A stretch of DNA of 32,000 bases. It comes from Paracoccus suum (GTDB lineage Bacteria; Pseudomonadota; Alphaproteobacteria; Rhodobacterales; Rhodobacteraceae). This document shows positions 9,015-17,309 of the stretch, in pieces (position 1 is the first letter of the stretch; every line of letters begins with the position of its first letter). The position numbers were made by a program, and so were the translations under genes. Below the pieces are notes generated by a model. It worked only from the letters and a program-made list of their open reading frames with translations, searched no databases and was not told the DNA's origin. The stretch covers positions 2,850,001 to 2,882,000 of the forward strand of contig NZ_CP030918.1 in the NCBI RefSeq assembly GCF_003324675.1. The letters are read 5' to 3'.

Positions 9015-10499
9015 TTATTCAGTCACCTTCATTTCCTTGACCATCAGCTTGGCATCGACCCGCGGCTTCCAGTCGAGCCGCTCGGACATGCCGTAGATGT
9101 CGTTCAGGTTGAACAGCGGCACCGTGTAATTCAGGTCGCGGCCCATCTTCTGAACCTGCTCGTAAAGGCCCTGGCGCTTGGCGACGTCCGTTTCGGACCG
9201 GGCGGCATCGATCATCGCCGCCATCTCGGCATTCGAGTTGGACGAGGCCTTGCCGTCCTTGTGGTAGATGTAGCTCATCTCGCGGTCGGCATCGAGCAAC
9301 TCATTCGAGTTGGCGATGAAGATCGCGTCGGGGCGCGGGCCGTCGCCCATCAGGCTGTCGAGGTATTGCGAGAACTCCTGGATTTCCGTCTGCACCGCCA
9401 GGCCGGTCTCGCCCCAGTAGGCGGCGACCGCCTCGATCTGTTCGCGGTCCTTCAGCCAGCGGCCGGATTCGCCAACCAGCACCAGCGGCCTGCCCTCGGC
9501 GCCAGCCTCCTTGATCAGGGCGCGTGCACGCTCGGGGTCGTAGGCATAGGGTTCGAGGTTCGCGTTATAGCCGAAGGCGGCAGGGTTCACATGGGTGCCC
9601 TTGGCGACGGTGGCGTAGCCCATGAACATGCCTTCGGCCATCGCGTTGCGGTCGATCGCAAGATTCAGCGCCTCGCGCACCTTGGGGTCCTTGGTTACTT
9701 CGTTGTCAGTCCCCAGCACGATGACCGAGGTCTCCAGCCCCGGGACGGCGGCAAACTTGGGCACGCTGGTCGTGAACTCGGGCAGCAGCGAGGTGATCAG
9801 GTCGAACTCGCCCGCGGTCAGTCCGGAAAGCCGGGTGCCCGGCTCGGGGACGAAGCGATAGGTCACTTCGGCGATCTGCGGCGCGCCGTCCCAGTAGTCG
9901 GCATTGGCGACCAGCTTGAGGTCAGTTCCGCGGTTCCAGCTGTCGAACTTGTAGGGACCCGTCCCGACCGGCGCACCGGCCAGATCGCCGCTGGTGGCAT
10001 ATCCGGGCGGAATGATCTTCATCCAGTACATGCGCGAGGGCAGGATCGGGTCCGGCCCCTTGGTCGTCACGTTCACCGTCAGATCGTCAACCTTGGTCGC
10101 GCCCTCGATGGTCTCGAGATAGGCGATCTGCTCGGACTTGTTCGCCGGATCGATGATCCGCGCGACCGAGGCAACTACCGCGTCGGCGTTGAACGGCTCA
10201 CCGTTGTGGAATTTGACCCCGTCGCGCAATTTGAACTGCCAGGTCGTGGCATCGACCTGGGTGGGTGCCGCCGCCGCAAGGCCGGGGACCAACTCGCCCG
10301 TCGGCGTCCGCGCCATCAGCGTCTCGTAGATGTTGTCGTTCACCGCACGCTCGCCGCCATCGTCGCGCAGTTGCGGGTCCAGCGTCGACGGCTCGGAGCC
10401 GATGGCAATCACAATCGGCTGCGCCCAGACCGGCGCAGCCAGAACGGTACCGAGGAGGAGGCCGGCAACTGCACGCTTGACGGGGCGAAGGACGCTCAT
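9015..10499 (-). CDS. ABC transporter substrate-binding protein, family 5 (peptide/nickel type)
   Basis: 494 aa with a signal peptide (MSVLRPVKRAVAGLLLGTVLAAPVWA). Family-5 SBP-like sequence, and first gene of the minus-strand ABC operon. Confidence 0.85.
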   Translation of the reverse strand: MSVLRPVKRAVAGLLLGTVLAAPVWAQPIVIAIGSEPSTLDPQLRDDGGERAVNDNIYETLMARTPTGELVPGLAAAAPTQVDATTWQFKLRDGVKFHNGEPFNADAVVASVARIIDPANKSEQIAYLETIEGATKVDDLTVNVTTKGPDPILPSRMYWMKIIPPGYATSGDLAGAPVGTGPYKFDSWNRGTDLKLVANADYWDGAPQIAEVTYRFVPEPGTRLSGLTAGEFDLITSLLPEFTTSVPKFAAVPGLETSVIVLGTDNEVTKDPKVREALNLAIDRNAMAEGMFMGYATVAKGTHVNPAAFGYNANLEPYAYDPERARALIKEAGAEGRPLVLVGESGRWLKDREQIEAVAAYWGETGLAVQTEIQEFSQYLDSLMGDGPRPDAIFIANSNELLDADREMSYIYHKDGKASSNSNAEMAAMIDAARSETDVAKRQGLYEQVQKMGRDLNYTVPLFNLNDIYGMSERLDWKPRVDAKLMVKEMKVTE

Positions 10500-10713
10500 G
10501 TCTGAATCCCTGTTCTTATCTCTAGATTTGAATGTGAATATGACGTAACGGCAGTCTCAACTGAAATGCCGCCCCGGGTAAAGCACGCCGTGCGCGAAAT
10601 GGCAGAATTGAAGCGCCCATCTTTTTGCGCCTGTCTGCGCCGCGCCGCCCCTTTGGGGACAGGCGGAATCCGGGTGCCAGCGTATGCGCAAGCACCCCTT
10701 TGGCGGAGAGAAC
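10500..10713. promoter_or_regulatory. Divergent intergenic control region between the ABC operon and the PLP-enzyme operon
   Basis: This is 214 bp between two divergent start codons. An AT-rich stretch at 10501-10560 carries repeated TGAAT words. No adjacent regulator gene and no confidently recognisable operator. Confidence 0.4.
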
Positions 10714-11865
10714 ATGACTGATCCCGGGACGTTCACCCATTTTCTTCGCCCCGAAGCCGCCGGACTGCCGACGCCGCATGTCGAGATCGACGAGCAGGGA
10801 TTGATGCGCAACCTGGGCCATATGCAGGCCCGGGCCGAGGCCGCCGGCCTGGCGCTCCGTCCCCATATCAAGACCCACAAGTGCCTTGCCATCGCGCGTC
10901 GCCAGCTGGATCTCGGCGCGGTGGGCGTGACCGCCTCGAAGCCGGCCGAGGCGCTCGTCTTTGTCGAGGCGGGGGTGCCTTCGCTGACGCTCGCCTATCC
11001 GGTCGTGCGGCCGGAATCGATCACGGAGTTGGTCCGCGCGGCCACCCTTCGCGGCACCGAGTTGCGCCTGATCGTGGCGCATCAGGCCGGGGTCGAGGCC
11101 ATTGGCAACGCAGCCGCAGCGCAGGGCGTGCGGCTGCCGGTGTTCCTCAAAGTCGACGTCGGTCTCGGCCGGGTCGGCGTCAAGCCGCAGGACGAGGCCG
11201 CGATTCGGCTAGCTGCTGAGGTCGATCGCCGCCCCCACCTGACCTTTCTGGGCCTGCTCTCCCACGCGGGTCATTCCTATGGCAGCAAGAGCCTGGCGGA
11301 ACTGGCGTCCATCGCCGAGGCCGAGGCGGCGGCGCTCTGCGAGCTGGCAGGCCGGCTGCGGCAAGCGGGCATCGAGGTACCGGAGATTTCCGTCGGTGCG
11401 ACGCCCACATGCCTCGGTGCACCAATCCCGAGGGGCGTGACCGAAATCCGGCCCGGCAACTACGCCTTTCTGGATCGCACTGCGCTACGGCTGGACATCT
11501 GCGCGCCTGACGATCTGGCGCTCGCCGTCATCGCGACGGTCGTTGCCCATAACGACAAACATTTCATCGTCGACGCGGGCTCGAAATCCCTGTCGTCGGA
11601 CCTCGGCGCGCATGGCTCTGGCGGCAGCGGCTTCGGGCTCGCCGTCAGCATGGACGGCACCGGCCGCGCGTGGGAGGTCGAGCGGCTGTCGGAGGAGCAT
11701 GGCTTTGTCCGGTTTTCGGATACCGCACCCGACATCGGCAGCCGCGTGCGTATTTTCCCGAACCATTCCTGCGCGGTCATGGCTCAGTTCGACAGCGTCA
11801 ACCTGCGCCAAGCGGACGGCAGGACCGTGGTCCTGCGCGTCGACGCGCGGGGGCGCCAGACCTGA
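10714..11865 (+). CDS. D-threonine aldolase / D-serine dehydratase (DSD1) family PLP enzyme (alanine-racemase-N fold)
   Basis: LRPHIKTHKCLAIARRQL contains the family PLP-lysine motif (H-x-K-T-H-K). About 383 aa. The ATG at 10714 has GGAGAG 6 nt upstream. The track ORF begins at 10684. Confidence 0.8.
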   Translation: MTDPGTFTHFLRPEAAGLPTPHVEIDEQGLMRNLGHMQARAEAAGLALRPHIKTHKCLAIARRQLDLGAVGVTASKPAEALVFVEAGVPSLTLAYPVVRPESITELVRAATLRGTELRLIVAHQAGVEAIGNAAAAQGVRLPVFLKVDVGLGRVGVKPQDEAAIRLAAEVDRRPHLTFLGLLSHAGHSYGSKSLAELASIAEAEAAALCELAGRLRQAGIEVPEISVGATPTCLGAPIPRGVTEIRPGNYAFLDRTALRLDICAPDDLALAVIATVVAHNDKHFIVDAGSKSLSSDLGAHGSGGSGFGLAVSMDGTGRAWEVERLSEEHGFVRFSDTAPDIGSRVRIFPNHSCAVMAQFDSVNLRQADGRTVVLRVDARGRQT

Positions 11866-11919
11866 CGGAGGCCTGGGATCCCGCCGTAAGCCAAGTTCAA
11901 TCCTGCAAAAAGGCCCAAG

Positions 11920-12744
11920 ATGAAAACGGAAGTTGAGTGGGCGCGCATGACCGCCCCCGATCTGCGCGCGATCGCCGGTAACGCTGGGGCGCTCGCGATC
12001 CTGCCCATCGGCTCGCTGGAACAGCACGGCCCGCACCTGCCGGTCAGCACCGATACGGCGAGCGCGTCGGCCGCCGCCCTCCGTGCCGCGCGGCTGGTGT
12101 CGGCCGACACGCCCGTCGCCGTCCTGCCCGGCCTGTGGCTGGGGATGAGCGAGCATCACCTGCCTTTCGGCGGCACGATCACACTCGACTATGACACGCT
12201 GAGCCGGGTGATCCGCTGCATCGTCCGCTCGCTGAGGGCGCTGGGCTTTGCGCGGCTGCTGATCGTCAACGGCCACGGCGGCAATATGGAGCCGCTGGCC
12301 GTCGCCGTGCGTGAGTTGGCGGTCGAATTCGCCATGCCCATCGTCGCCACGACGCCCTGGATGCTGGCCCCCGACCAGGTGCGCGAGATCCTCGATGTCG
12401 ATACTGGCGTGCACCACGCATGCGAGGGCGAGGCCTCGGTGATGCTCGCCGCCATGGGCGATGCGGTCAAGACCGGCTTGTTCGGCCAGGCCTTCGGCAA
12501 TCAGGACCATCCGGTCGACGTGCCCGCGGATGTCTCGCGGTTTTATTCCTTCGCCGAGCGCGCGCCGGTCACCGGCACCTGGGGGGACCCGCGCAGCGCC
12601 ACCGCCGAAAAGGGCGAGCGCTTCCTCGACCTGCACGCCGATCTGCTGGCGCAGCTGATCCGCAACGATGTCCTGTGGACCACCCCCGACCCGGTCTGGG
12701 CCCCCGGCCGCGGCCAGGGAACGACCGCAGGCAGGGCCGACTAG
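11920..12744 (+). CDS. Creatininase-family amidohydrolase
   Basis: ILPIGSLEQHGPHLPVSTD is the creatininase-family metal-binding motif, and VNGHGGN lies downstream. 274 aa. Confidence 0.8.
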   Translation: MKTEVEWARMTAPDLRAIAGNAGALAILPIGSLEQHGPHLPVSTDTASASAAALRAARLVSADTPVAVLPGLWLGMSEHHLPFGGTITLDYDTLSRVIRCIVRSLRALGFARLLIVNGHGGNMEPLAVAVRELAVEFAMPIVATTPWMLAPDQVREILDVDTGVHHACEGEASVMLAAMGDAVKTGLFGQAFGNQDHPVDVPADVSRFYSFAERAPVTGTWGDPRSATAEKGERFLDLHADLLAQLIRNDVLWTTPDPVWAPGRGQGTTAGRAD

Positions 12745-12793
12745 CCTGCCTGCCGCCTCTTACTAACGACCCTCACCCTCATTGGAGTTCTCC

Positions 12794-14413
12794 ATGGTCC
12801 TGAAGTTCCCGCGCCGCCGCGCGAGCCTGTTGCCCCTCTGCGCTGCGGCGCTGATGTCCAGCGTTGCGTTTGCCCCTGCGATGGCGAAAACGCTGGTCTA
12901 CTGCTCGGAAAGCTCGCCCGAGGGGTTTGACGCGGCGCTCTATACCTCCAACAGCACTTGGGACGCGTCGTCCGAAACCATCTACGACCGCCTGATGGAG
13001 TTCGAGCCCGGCACCACCAATGTCATTCCCGGGCTGGCGGAAAGCTGGACCATTTCCGACGACGGTCAGGAATACACGCTGAAGCTGCGCCAGGGCGTGA
13101 AGTTCCACACCACTGATGATTTCACGCCGACGCGCGATTTCAACGCCGACGATGTCCTCTTCAGCTTCAATCGCCAGCTGGACACCAAGGATCCGTGGAA
13201 CACCTATGTCCCGGCCGCGACATGGGAGATGTTCAACGGCATCGAAATGGGCTCGATCATCAAGGAGATCGTCAAGGTCGACGACTACACGGTCAAGTTC
13301 GTTCTGAACCAGCCCGATGCGTCGCTGCCCTCGAAGCTGGCGCTGAATTTCGGCTCGATCGTGTCCAAGGAATATGCCGACGCGCTGGACGCCGCGGGCC
13401 ACCGCGAGAACCTGGATCGCAAGCCGGTCGGCACCGGCCCGTTCCGCTTTGTCGACTACCAGATCGATAGCGCCGTTCGCTTTGCCGCGAACCCTGACTA
13501 TTGGGCCGGCGCGCCCAAAATCGACAACCTGATCTTTGCCATCGCGACCGACGCCACCACCCGCATGCAGAAGCTGCAGGCCGGCGAATGCCAGGTCGCG
13601 GCCTACCCGGCCCCTGCCGACGTTCCCTCGCTGAAAGCCAACCCCGATCTGACCGTGATGGAGGAGCCCGGCCTCAACATCGCCTACCTCGCCTTCAACT
13701 CGGGCATGCCGCCGTTTGACAAGGTCGAGGTGCGCCGCGCCATCAACATGGCGATCGACCGCCAAGCGATCGTCGATGCGGTCTATCAGGGCCAGGGCCA
13801 GGTGGCCAAAAGCGTCCTGCCGCCGACCATGTGGGGTTATAACGCTTCGGTCCCCGGCTATCCGCACGACGTTGAAACGGCCAAGAAGTTGCTGGACGAG
13901 GCAGGCGTCAAGGACCTGAAGATGAAGGTCTGGGCGATGCCGGTCAGCCGTCCCTACATGCCGAACGCGCGCCGCGCGGCCGAACTGATCCAGTCCGACC
14001 TGGAAAAGGTCGGCATCACCGCCGAGATCGTCTCGTACGAATGGGGCGAGTATCTGAAGAAGGCGCGCGATCCGAACCGCGATGGCGCGGTCATCCTGGG
14101 CGGGACCAGCGATAACGGCGATCCGGACAACTCGCTCAGCTTCTTCTTCGGATGCTCCGCGGTCGGCGGAGGCAACACCTCGAACTGGTGCTACGAGCCG
14201 CTGAACGAGTTGCTGCAGAAGGCCCGCGTCAGTTCGGACCGCGCCGAGCGCACCAAGCTGTACGAGGAAGCGCAGCTGATTATCAGCGACCAGGCGCCTT
14301 GGGTTCCCCTGGCCCATTCGACGGTCGTTCTGCCGCTGTCCAAGAAGGTCAAGAACTACGTCATGGACCCCTTGGGCGCGCACCGTTTCGACACCGTCGA
14401 TATCGAGGAGTGA
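12794..14413 (+). CDS. dppA: Periplasmic dipeptide-binding protein DppA orthologue
   Basis: The mature N-terminus KTLVYCSESSPEGFDAALYTSNSTWDASSETIYDRLMEFEPGTTNVIPGLAESW aligns closely by eye with E. coli DppA (KTLVYCSEGSPEGFNPQLFTSGTTYDASS...), and the similarity continues to the C-terminus. Signal peptide present. The ATG at 12794 has GGAG 6 nt upstream. The track ORF starts at TTG 12782. Confidence 0.9.
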   Translation: MVLKFPRRRASLLPLCAAALMSSVAFAPAMAKTLVYCSESSPEGFDAALYTSNSTWDASSETIYDRLMEFEPGTTNVIPGLAESWTISDDGQEYTLKLRQGVKFHTTDDFTPTRDFNADDVLFSFNRQLDTKDPWNTYVPAATWEMFNGIEMGSIIKEIVKVDDYTVKFVLNQPDASLPSKLALNFGSIVSKEYADALDAAGHRENLDRKPVGTGPFRFVDYQIDSAVRFAANPDYWAGAPKIDNLIFAIATDATTRMQKLQAGECQVAAYPAPADVPSLKANPDLTVMEEPGLNIAYLAFNSGMPPFDKVEVRRAINMAIDRQAIVDAVYQGQGQVAKSVLPPTMWGYNASVPGYPHDVETAKKLLDEAGVKDLKMKVWAMPVSRPYMPNARRAAELIQSDLEKVGITAEIVSYEWGEYLKKARDPNRDGAVILGGTSDNGDPDNSLSFFFGCSAVGGGNTSNWCYEPLNELLQKARVSSDRAERTKLYEEAQLIISDQAPWVPLAHSTVVLPLSKKVKNYVMDPLGAHRFDTVDIEE

Positions 14414-14433
14414 CCTCGAAGGACTGAGACTTG

Positions 14434-14463
14434 AAGCGCCGGCGTTCGCGCCGGCGCTTTTTC
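14434..14463 (+). terminator. Rho-independent terminator after dppA
   Basis: Perfect 11-bp stem (AAGCGCCGGCG / CGCCGGCGCTT), TTCG tetraloop, then TTTTT. It lies 21 nt after the dppA stop. Confidence 0.8.
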
Positions 14464-14619
14464 ATGGCTAGTCCCGTGCTGTCTTGAGTCGCTCGTGGAC
14501 GGAGTTAATGCCGCCTCCGATCAGACTCCGTTGAGTTCAGCGGTTATGGATTGGCTGTCCAGTCGTGCCACGTGGGCAACTGATGCTTGCCGCCCGAGTG
14601 ACCCGCCCTTCCGCCCAGA

Positions 14620-15372
14620 TCACGCGCTCGCGCGCTGCGCCGCCGTGCCTGTCGGGGGCGCCCTGAACCCGGCCGAGATGAACCGGGTCAACTCGTCAAT
14701 GACAATCTCATCATTGTCGGTATCGCACAGCCCGCCTGACAGTCGCTTGAGGCGCATGGCGTTGGGGTCGGAATCGGTCAGCACCTGCATTGTCGCGCCC
14801 AGCGCGAAATTGTAGCGCCAGAAGATCTCGTCTCGCGGCACATGCGGCAAGGCCCTGCTGAACGCGTCGATGAACCGATGCACGACGGGATCGACGCCCT
14901 CGACGAAAACGCGCACCGTCTCCTCGCGCGGGCGAGCGCGCGCCTGCAGGATCATGCGGATCAGCGAACGGCCGCCCGACGGGTCGCGGCTCAGCCGGAC
15001 CATCGGCCGGACCAGCGCCTCGACGATGGCCTCCAGCGTCGGCCCCTCCGGCCCGCTCTGCTGGCAGGCCAGGTCGAGCAGCTTGAGGCGGGCGGCGACA
15101 TAGGGGACCATCCGCACCTCGAGGACGGTGCGAAGCAACTCGTCTTTCGAGCCGAAATAATAGTTCACAGCAGCTATATTGACGCCCGCCTTGTCGGTGA
15201 TGGCGCGCAGGGTCGCCAGCTCGAACCCCTCGGCGGCGAACACCTCCAGCGCGGCGCTAATGATCCGCGAGCGCGGATCGGCCCGCTCTGCGGTCATCGG
15301 GGCGACCGCGTCGTCCTGAGAGATTGCGGCCTCGGCGCCGTCGTCAATGCGTTCCATATCGCTGCATAACAT
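14620..15372 (-). CDS. TetR/AcrR-family transcriptional regulator
   Basis: An N-terminal HTH (RIISAALEVFAAEGFELATLRAITDKAGVNIAAVNYYFGSKDELL) is classic TetR. Divergent from the dapA-like operon. The start could be 15372 or 15357. Confidence 0.9.
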   Translation of the reverse strand: MLCSDMERIDDGAEAAISQDDAVAPMTAERADPRSRIISAALEVFAAEGFELATLRAITDKAGVNIAAVNYYFGSKDELLRTVLEVRMVPYVAARLKLLDLACQQSGPEGPTLEAIVEALVRPMVRLSRDPSGGRSLIRMILQARARPREETVRVFVEGVDPVVHRFIDAFSRALPHVPRDEIFWRYNFALGATMQVLTDSDPNAMRLKRLSGGLCDTDNDEIVIDELTRFISAGFRAPPTGTAAQRASA

Positions 15373-15497
15373 CGACGTTGACAGGCGGGAAGCGTTCTGC
15401 GCTGAATATCAATCAGGCAATTGAAGTGGCCGTTTCAGGCGGTCGGCGGCCACTCCAGCGACGTCCCATCCATTCGACAGCGCCAAAGGAGACATGC
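15373..15497. promoter_or_regulatory. Divergent TetR / operon control region
   Basis: This is 125 bp between divergent starts. It holds TTGACA at 15378-15383, an AT-richer patch at 15400-15425, and an 8-bp inverted repeat AGTGGCCG (15425-15432) / CGGCCACT (15447-15454). The operator assignment is not proven. Confidence 0.45.
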
Positions 15498-16433
15498 ATG
15501 CGCAAGCTAACCGGCTCTTTCGTTGCGATGGTCACCCCGTTCAACAAGGACGGGTCCGTCGATTTCGAGGCCTTCAGGTCCCTGCTGTCCTTTCAGCGCG
15601 AACACGGCACCGGGGCGATCCTGATCATGGGCTCGACGGGCGAAAGCTCGATGCTCTCGCCCGACGAGAAAAAGGAAATCATCCGCCAGACGGCCAAGAT
15701 GAAGACCGACGACATGCCGATCTTTTACGGCTGCACCGGCAACAACACCGAATCGACCATCGAGGCGGTGCGCTTTGCCAAGGACAACGGCGCCGACGGC
15801 GCGATCCTTGCCGCCCCCGCCTACATCTGCGCCCCCGAGGCGGATATCGAGGGCTTCTTCCTCGACGTTGCGGACGCGACCGACCTGCCGCTGGGCATTT
15901 ACAACAACCCCCCGCGCGTCAAGAGCGACCTGCACTGGGACAACCTGCTGCGCATCTTCAAGCACCCGAACTATGTGATCCACAAGGAATCGACCGCTCG
16001 CGTCGGCCAGGTGGCTCAAGTGCTGGCTGGCCGCCCGGACGTGTCGGTGATGTGCTGCGACAGCCCCAACCTCGGTCTCGTGGTTCCGACGATGAGTCTT
16101 GGCGGCCACGGCACTGCCAACATGACCGGCAACCTCGCCCCGGCCGAGATGGCCGTGATCTCGCGCCCATGGACGAGCTATGGCGAGGCCGAGGGGTTCA
16201 AGGACGGCTATCTGAACCTGCTGCCCTTGCTGCACTTCACCTATTCCGCGATCAACCCGGTTGCGGTGAAGTCGCTGATGAAGGCCGTCGGCTTCCCGGT
16301 GGGCGAACTGCGCAAGCCCTTGCGCCCGCTCGATCCTCAGGCGCTGGCCAAAGGCGTCGCGATCTTCAAGGACCTCGGCCTCGATCGCAAATACGGTCTG
16401 AAGCCGGTGGCGATCTCCGACGTGGCCGCCTGA
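15498..16433 (+). CDS. DapA/N-acetylneuraminate-lyase family class I aldolase/lyase (dihydrodipicolinate-synthase-like)
   Basis: Family motifs are present: FVAMVTPF, IMGSTGESSMLS (GxTGE), GIYNNPPR (YN-P) and VIHKEST (candidate Schiff-base Lys). AAGGAG lies 7 nt before the ATG at 15498. The track ORF from 15324 is an extension. Confidence 0.85.
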   Translation: MRKLTGSFVAMVTPFNKDGSVDFEAFRSLLSFQREHGTGAILIMGSTGESSMLSPDEKKEIIRQTAKMKTDDMPIFYGCTGNNTESTIEAVRFAKDNGADGAILAAPAYICAPEADIEGFFLDVADATDLPLGIYNNPPRVKSDLHWDNLLRIFKHPNYVIHKESTARVGQVAQVLAGRPDVSVMCCDSPNLGLVVPTMSLGGHGTANMTGNLAPAEMAVISRPWTSYGEAEGFKDGYLNLLPLLHFTYSAINPVAVKSLMKAVGFPVGELRKPLRPLDPQALAKGVAIFKDLGLDRKYGLKPVAISDVAA

Positions 16434-16444
16434 GGGGGCCGCGC

Positions 16445-17224
16445 GTGGATCTGGGGATCAAGGGGCGCTCGGCGCTGATGTTCGGGGCGAGCCGCGGCAT
16501 GGGCCGCGCCTTCGCCGAGGCGCTGGTGGCGGAGGGCGTGAACGTCACCATCGCCGGCCGCACGGCCGCGACGCTGGACGAGGCCGCGAGCCTGCTGCGC
16601 GGACTGAACGGCGGCGGGGTTCAGACGGTGGTCGCTGACATGACCACGGCCGAGGGACGGCAGGCGGCGCTGGCCGCCTGCCCCGAGCCCGACATCCTGC
16701 TGAACAACGGCGACGGTGAGCCCCCCGGCGATTTCCGCGAATGGGACCGCGACGACTGGATCCGCGCCCTCGACAAGATGATGTTGTCCCCGATCGAGAT
16801 GATGCGCGCGACCGTCGACGGCATGATGGACCGGGGCTTTGGCAGGATCATCAACATCGTCTCGCGCAGCGTGAAGATCCCGCAGGGAGAGCTGGGGTTG
16901 TCGAACGGCGCGCGCTCGGGTCTCGTCGGCTTCACGGGCGGCCTCGCGCGTCAGACCATCGCCCGCAATGTCACCATCAACAACATCCTGCCGGGCATCA
17001 TCGCCTCGGACGCGCAGCGCGACCACGTGTGCAAGCTCGCCGAAACGACCGGCCGTCCCTTTGACGACATCTGGGCCGAACGCTCGGCCGAGAATCCCGC
17101 CGGGCGCTACGGCGAGCCTGCCGAGATCGGCGCATATGCCGCATTTCTTTGCTCGGTCCATGCTGGCTTCGTCACGGGCCAGAACCTGCTGATCGACGGG
17201 GGACAGTATCCGGGCACGTTCTGA
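16445..17224 (+). CDS. Short-chain dehydrogenase/reductase-like protein, atypical (BKR-like) subgroup
   Basis: GTG start. Rossmann motif GRSALMFGASRGMG and LLNNGDGEPPG are present. The segment LSNGARSGLVGF lies where classical SDRs carry YxxxK. This is the 3' portion of track ORF 15494..17224. Confidence 0.8.
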   Translation: MDLGIKGRSALMFGASRGMGRAFAEALVAEGVNVTIAGRTAATLDEAASLLRGLNGGGVQTVVADMTTAEGRQAALAACPEPDILLNNGDGEPPGDFREWDRDDWIRALDKMMLSPIEMMRATVDGMMDRGFGRIINIVSRSVKIPQGELGLSNGARSGLVGFTGGLARQTIARNVTINNILPGIIASDAQRDHVCKLAETTGRPFDDIWAERSAENPAGRYGEPAEIGAYAAFLCSVHAGFVTGQNLLIDGGQYPGTF

Positions 17225-17252
17225 CCGGGGGGTCGAACTTTTCCGACAGGGA

Positions 17253-17275
17253 GGCGGGCAAGCAATCTGCCCGCC
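17253..17275 (+). other. Intercistronic GC hairpin between the SDR gene and tctC
   Basis: GGCGGGCA (17253-17260), 7-nt loop, TGCCCGCC (17268-17275). No T-tract follows, so it is more likely an mRNA processing or stability element than a terminator. Confidence 0.35.
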
Positions 17276-17309
17276 CCACAACAAGACCAAAAATCAGTGG
17301 AGGAACCCA

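Noticed and set aside
10600-10615. Sigma-54-like element TGGCAG-N-AAGC with correct GG-N10-GC spacing, facing the D-TA-family gene.
   Set aside because: The -12 region matches only the GC dinucleotide (AAGC against TTGC). No enhancer-binding protein gene is nearby. A chance occurrence in GC-rich DNA is plausible.
12779-14383. Very long antisense or shadow ORFs. Examples: 12779-14383 (-), 9261-10505 (+), 21411-22970 (-), 25379-26857 (-), 19072-20208 (-), 11485-12636 (-), 20262-21362 (-), 7978-8997 (+), 2395-3375 (-).
   Set aside because: Each lies opposite or out of frame to a gene with clear family motifs. Their translations are Arg/Gly/Asp/His/Pro-rich low-complexity strings with no recognisable domains. 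This is the expected stop-codon-poor artefact in GC-rich DNA.
15494-16444. 5' two-thirds of the 576-aa track ORF 15494-17224, which would fuse across the DapA-like gene into the SDR.
   Set aside because: This part is out of frame with the well-supported DapA-like CDS and reads as Arg/Pro-rich nonsense. SDR-like sequence begins only at the GTG at 16445.
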